Assembly (NCBI GenBank): GCA_003210515.1
Contig: QCVC01000002.1
Span: 2,113-66,112, forward strand
Reading direction: 5' to 3'
DNA from: Synechococcus sp. AG-683-B21
Lineage (GTDB): Bacteria; Cyanobacteriota; Cyanobacteriia; PCC-6307; Cyanobiaceae
Length of the DNA: 64,000 nt
Shown here: in pieces, positions 61,297-64,000 of the stretch
How positions within the stretch are numbered: position 1 is the first letter of the stretch
How the letters are laid out: the number at the start of each line of letters is the position of its first letter
The notes under the pieces: generated by a model
What the model saw: the letters and a program-made list of their open reading frames with translations, nothing else
Told to the model about the DNA's origin: nothing
Database searches by the model: none
Translations under genes and position numbers: made by a program

Positions 61297-63270
61297 TCAG
61301 TTAAGAACATCAGGTGCAAAATAATCTAATAGATCAGTCGGCAATTTAGAGATAGCCATGGAGACATGCTCAGACATATCATTGATTCCCTTCTTGCCAA
61401 TAACACTATCCATAGAATCGACAAATTCATCGACAACCTCACCATCATACATATATTTCGACAGAGCAATACTATTTTTTCTGAATTTAGAAGTAGATTT
61501 CACAAAATTTTTGTACTTACTATTCATAGAATTCCAACCAGAGAATACAGAAAGTCCGATCAAATCATCTTTCCATTCAGCGACTGACGACCTAGAAGCC
61601 GTGGTACGAAATTTGCGCATGTTCATTAATCCAATATCCGTAGCACTGTGGAGACTAAGATTAGAGAAGTCATCAACATAGCCGAAAATACTACCGACAT
61701 ATTGTCCATTTTGTTTAACTTCAATAGAATTTCCAAAAACCTCACCAGTAATTAAATCAGTACTATTAACATTCAAATGTTCATTCTTGCTGAGGTCACG
61801 GATAACAAAGTTGTAATCATCACCTTTGGTCAGATTAATAGTAATTTTATCGGTACCATCGCCAAGTTTAACGTCATCAAATCCTCCACCATTTGAAGAG
61901 ATTTCAACTTTATCTCGACCAGCACCGGCATCAATATCAGTACTACCAGTTTTAGATTTAATAATGTCATTGCCTTTGCCAGAGAATATTCTGTCGTCTC
62001 CACTGCTAAAAATAATATCTTTAAACTTAGATCCATAGACAATATCACTACCCGAAAATGTAGTTACCCTTTGATTTTTTGCTCGCATATGAATTATATC
62101 GTCAAAAAGAGAGCCCCGAAGATGAAACCCCTTGGCATTCTTCGTTTCTGTCGGATCATAATGAATGCCAACATCTACTTTCACGCCATCTTTTAACACT
62201 GTTGGAAGATCAACATGAGGACTCACATTGAAGGAACGGGATGCAGAAGATGGAACAGACGACTTGGAAGACCGGAATGCAGTAGATGATGATGATGATG
62301 ATGGAGATACAAGAGTCGTTTGAACTGTAGTGAAACTTGAAGCATTAACATTTGTAATATATCCATTGGCTAAAAGAGTACCTTCGTTGGCACTATCTGC
62401 TTTCATGTATTCGGAATTTGGAGCACCAAATTTGACTGAAGAATTAATATTATCTCCAGCACCAATCGACCAAGAGTTCCCAAACTTGTCAGTATATTTA
62501 GCTAATCCAGAAACCGTAGCTGGAAATTGATATGGCATAGTAATTTCCTGATTCTGATAAACCATCGATACCTCAACTTTATAACCAGGCTCAATTGTAT
62601 AAGTATTAGAAATAGTACTAGTAACAGTATCGCTAGCGTTAGTATCCGAAGTAGTCGACGAATTAATAGTTGTGGAATTAGTGACGTTAGTATTTACAGA
62701 TGCACCAATTCCAGCAAATTCAGCACTAACTTCAGCTCCAACAGAAACTTCGTTTGTATTCGACCATCCATTTTCGACTGAAGAACCAGATGAGACACTT
62801 TGTTGAGCAGTAAAACTTGTCGTTTGTGTCAGATCATTTGTACCTTCAGTATTATCAATCACCGAGATGAGTTGTGCTCCGGAAGCCGAAGTAGCTGTAT
62901 CAGTGTCAACATCAGTGACAGGAGTACCGAACGTTAGTTGAGCAGCAGGTTGGGTGATCGAAAGACTGGAATCATCCAGAGCAATACCGTAACCTCCGTC
63001 GCTATAAGTCTTATTGCCATTACTTCCTTTCTCAGGATCGCTCCAAGAGTCCCAATCGGAAGAATTGAAGGATCCTGAACCTGTGCTGATGGAATCAAGG
63101 CCATACGTTGTATAAGTGTAAGTATATGTATAAGAACCACCCCAACCATCGCTGGCTTTCCCCGTTCCTGTAGCTGTACCTGACTTGTAAGTCCTATTGA
63201 ATTGGTTTTCTACCCAGGAAGGAGTAGAACCCCAGGCAAGCAACTCAGCGACATTATTAATCGTTGCCAT
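61297..63270 (-). CDS. Putative aerolysin/ETX-MTX2-type beta-pore-forming protein fused to RTX-like Ca-binding repeats
   Basis: S/T-rich strands flank the alternating hairpin NEVSVGAEVSAEFAGIGASVNTNVTNS, then YTIEPGYKVEV; Ser linker; repeats SGKGNDII, AGAGRDKV, LGDGTDKI; no signal peptide. Confidence 0.72.
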   Translation of the reverse strand: MATINNVAELLAWGSTPSWVENQFNRTYKSGTATGTGKASDGWGGSYTYTYTYTTYGLDSISTGSGSFNSSDWDSWSDPEKGSNGNKTYSDGGYGIALDDSSLSITQPAAQLTFGTPVTDVDTDTATSASGAQLISVIDNTEGTNDLTQTTSFTAQQSVSSGSSVENGWSNTNEVSVGAEVSAEFAGIGASVNTNVTNSTTINSSTTSDTNASDTVTSTISNTYTIEPGYKVEVSMVYQNQEITMPYQFPATVSGLAKYTDKFGNSWSIGAGDNINSSVKFGAPNSEYMKADSANEGTLLANGYITNVNASSFTTVQTTLVSPSSSSSSTAFRSSKSSVPSSASRSFNVSPHVDLPTVLKDGVKVDVGIHYDPTETKNAKGFHLRGSLFDDIIHMRAKNQRVTTFSGSDIVYGSKFKDIIFSSGDDRIFSGKGNDIIKSKTGSTDIDAGAGRDKVEISSNGGGFDDVKLGDGTDKITINLTKGDDYNFVIRDLSKNEHLNVNSTDLITGEVFGNSIEVKQNGQYVGSIFGYVDDFSNLSLHSATDIGLMNMRKFRTTASRSSVAEWKDDLIGLSVFSGWNSMNSKYKNFVKSTSKFRKNSIALSKYMYDGEVVDEFVDSMDSVIGKKGINDMSEHVSMAISKLPTDLLDYFAPDVLN

Positions 63271-63397
63271 AAGATAAGAAATCTATTCTAGTTCTAACAC
63301 ATCTGCGAAGAAATGACAGTAAACCTTTGTGTCCATTAGACACCGCTGCTGGCATTGATAATATCGTGAAATTCTAGGCAGTTGTTTTAGCCAGCGA

Positions 63398-64000
63398 CTA
63401 TACTTTAATTAAATATTTATAGAGGGTTAATGACTCCTTAGTCAAAGGTAAATCATATGATAGTTGAAGGCAATGATGAATTTTCTCCTTAGCGATAGTG
63501 TCAGTAGTCGAGACATTAAATTTTCTCGTAAATGGCATAATACTTGCATCAGCACAAATTATCTCTGATATTTTTTTCAAAGCTTGATCTAAGTCTTCAA
63601 TCCTAAAAACATAAAGTTGTTCGGAAGGCACAGAGTCAAAGATTCTCAACTCAGAGTCAATCCAAAATTGAATTAGATTTTGGCTTACGTACTTCAAATA
63701 ATCATTATCGTGAATATTTTTAAATAAGAAAACAGGATCTAATCCTGCTGCTTGAAAAATCCCATAGCGTGCTGCCCATCCACTGTCGTAGGAAGCAGAA
63801 CCTCCTTCTATGTTCTTGCCAAATTGATAGAGCATTCCCAAGTAGGACTTGGTCCATTCGAGAGGATCTCTTAAGACTGTCAAATATTTAGTGCACTGTG
63901 GATAAATATTGACAATTTCTTCAGCAATAAGATGCAAAAAAGTGCTCGAATCAATGCTCGCATTTAAATAGTTCTGACGTCTAAGGATTAATTTTTTAAG
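63398..64000 (-). CDS. Sulfotransferase family protein, 5'-truncated by the window edge
   Basis: Frame is open to position 64000; YPQCTKYLTVLRDPLEWTKSY (3'-PB-like), VPSEQLYVFRIEDL. Confidence 0.7.
   Translation of the reverse strand, partial: LKKLILRRQNYLNASIDSSTFLHLIAEEIVNIYPQCTKYLTVLRDPLEWTKSYLGMLYQFGKNIEGGSASYDSGWAARYGIFQAAGLDPVFLFKNIHDNDYLKYVSQNLIQFWIDSELRIFDSVPSEQLYVFRIEDLDQALKKISEIICADASIMPFTRKFNVSTTDTIAKEKIHHCLQLSYDLPLTKESLTLYKYLIKV

Larger units (their letters stand above)
56781..64000. mobile_element. tRNA-Pro-anchored genomic island with a satellite/tycheposon-like replication module and AT-rich cargo; continues past the window
   Basis: Begins at the tRNA 3' end; excisionase-like gene and VapE ATPase; repeat sites; abrupt shift to AT-rich DNA near 59.1 kb; no integrase or attR seen in the window. 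Confidence 0.75.

Noticed and set aside
1-64000. CRISPR array, rRNA, IS transposase, integrase, or an attR copy of tRNA-Pro
   Set aside because: None seen in this window by eye

Overview
Chromosomal window of a marine picocyanobacterium, most likely Synechococcus: it has psbP, psbY, ycf54, crtH, a recC-recB-recD operon and a divinyl-chlorophyllide 8-vinyl reductase, which Prochlorococcus typically lacks. About 1.4-56.8 kb is ordinary core genome (prs, dvr, malQ, cdsA, clpC, lysA-cdaA-uppS-bioB, lipA, recR, DEAD-box helicase, recCBD, pdxJ, bolA-grx4, crtH, trmFO, tRNA-Lys). It is flanked by two AT-rich accessory regions. The left edge (1-1.3 kb) is the tail of a glycosyltransferase/sulfotransferase cluster. 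The right region starts at tRNA-Pro(TGG) at 56.7 kb and has a satellite/tycheposon-like module: repeat sites, an operator-overlapped promoter, a multi-hairpin leader, an excisionase-like gene, a VapE-type ATPase and an iteron-like array. This is followed by a co-oriented AT-rich cargo: a sulfotransferase, a 657-aa protein that appears to fuse an aerolysin/ETX-MTX2-type beta-pore-forming domain to RTX-like Ca-binding repeats, and two translationally coupled FAD-linked oxidases. That cassette is the best candidate for an undescribed system, possibly a secreted anti-grazer or competitor toxin. All calls come from reading motifs by eye; no database searches or GC computations were run.
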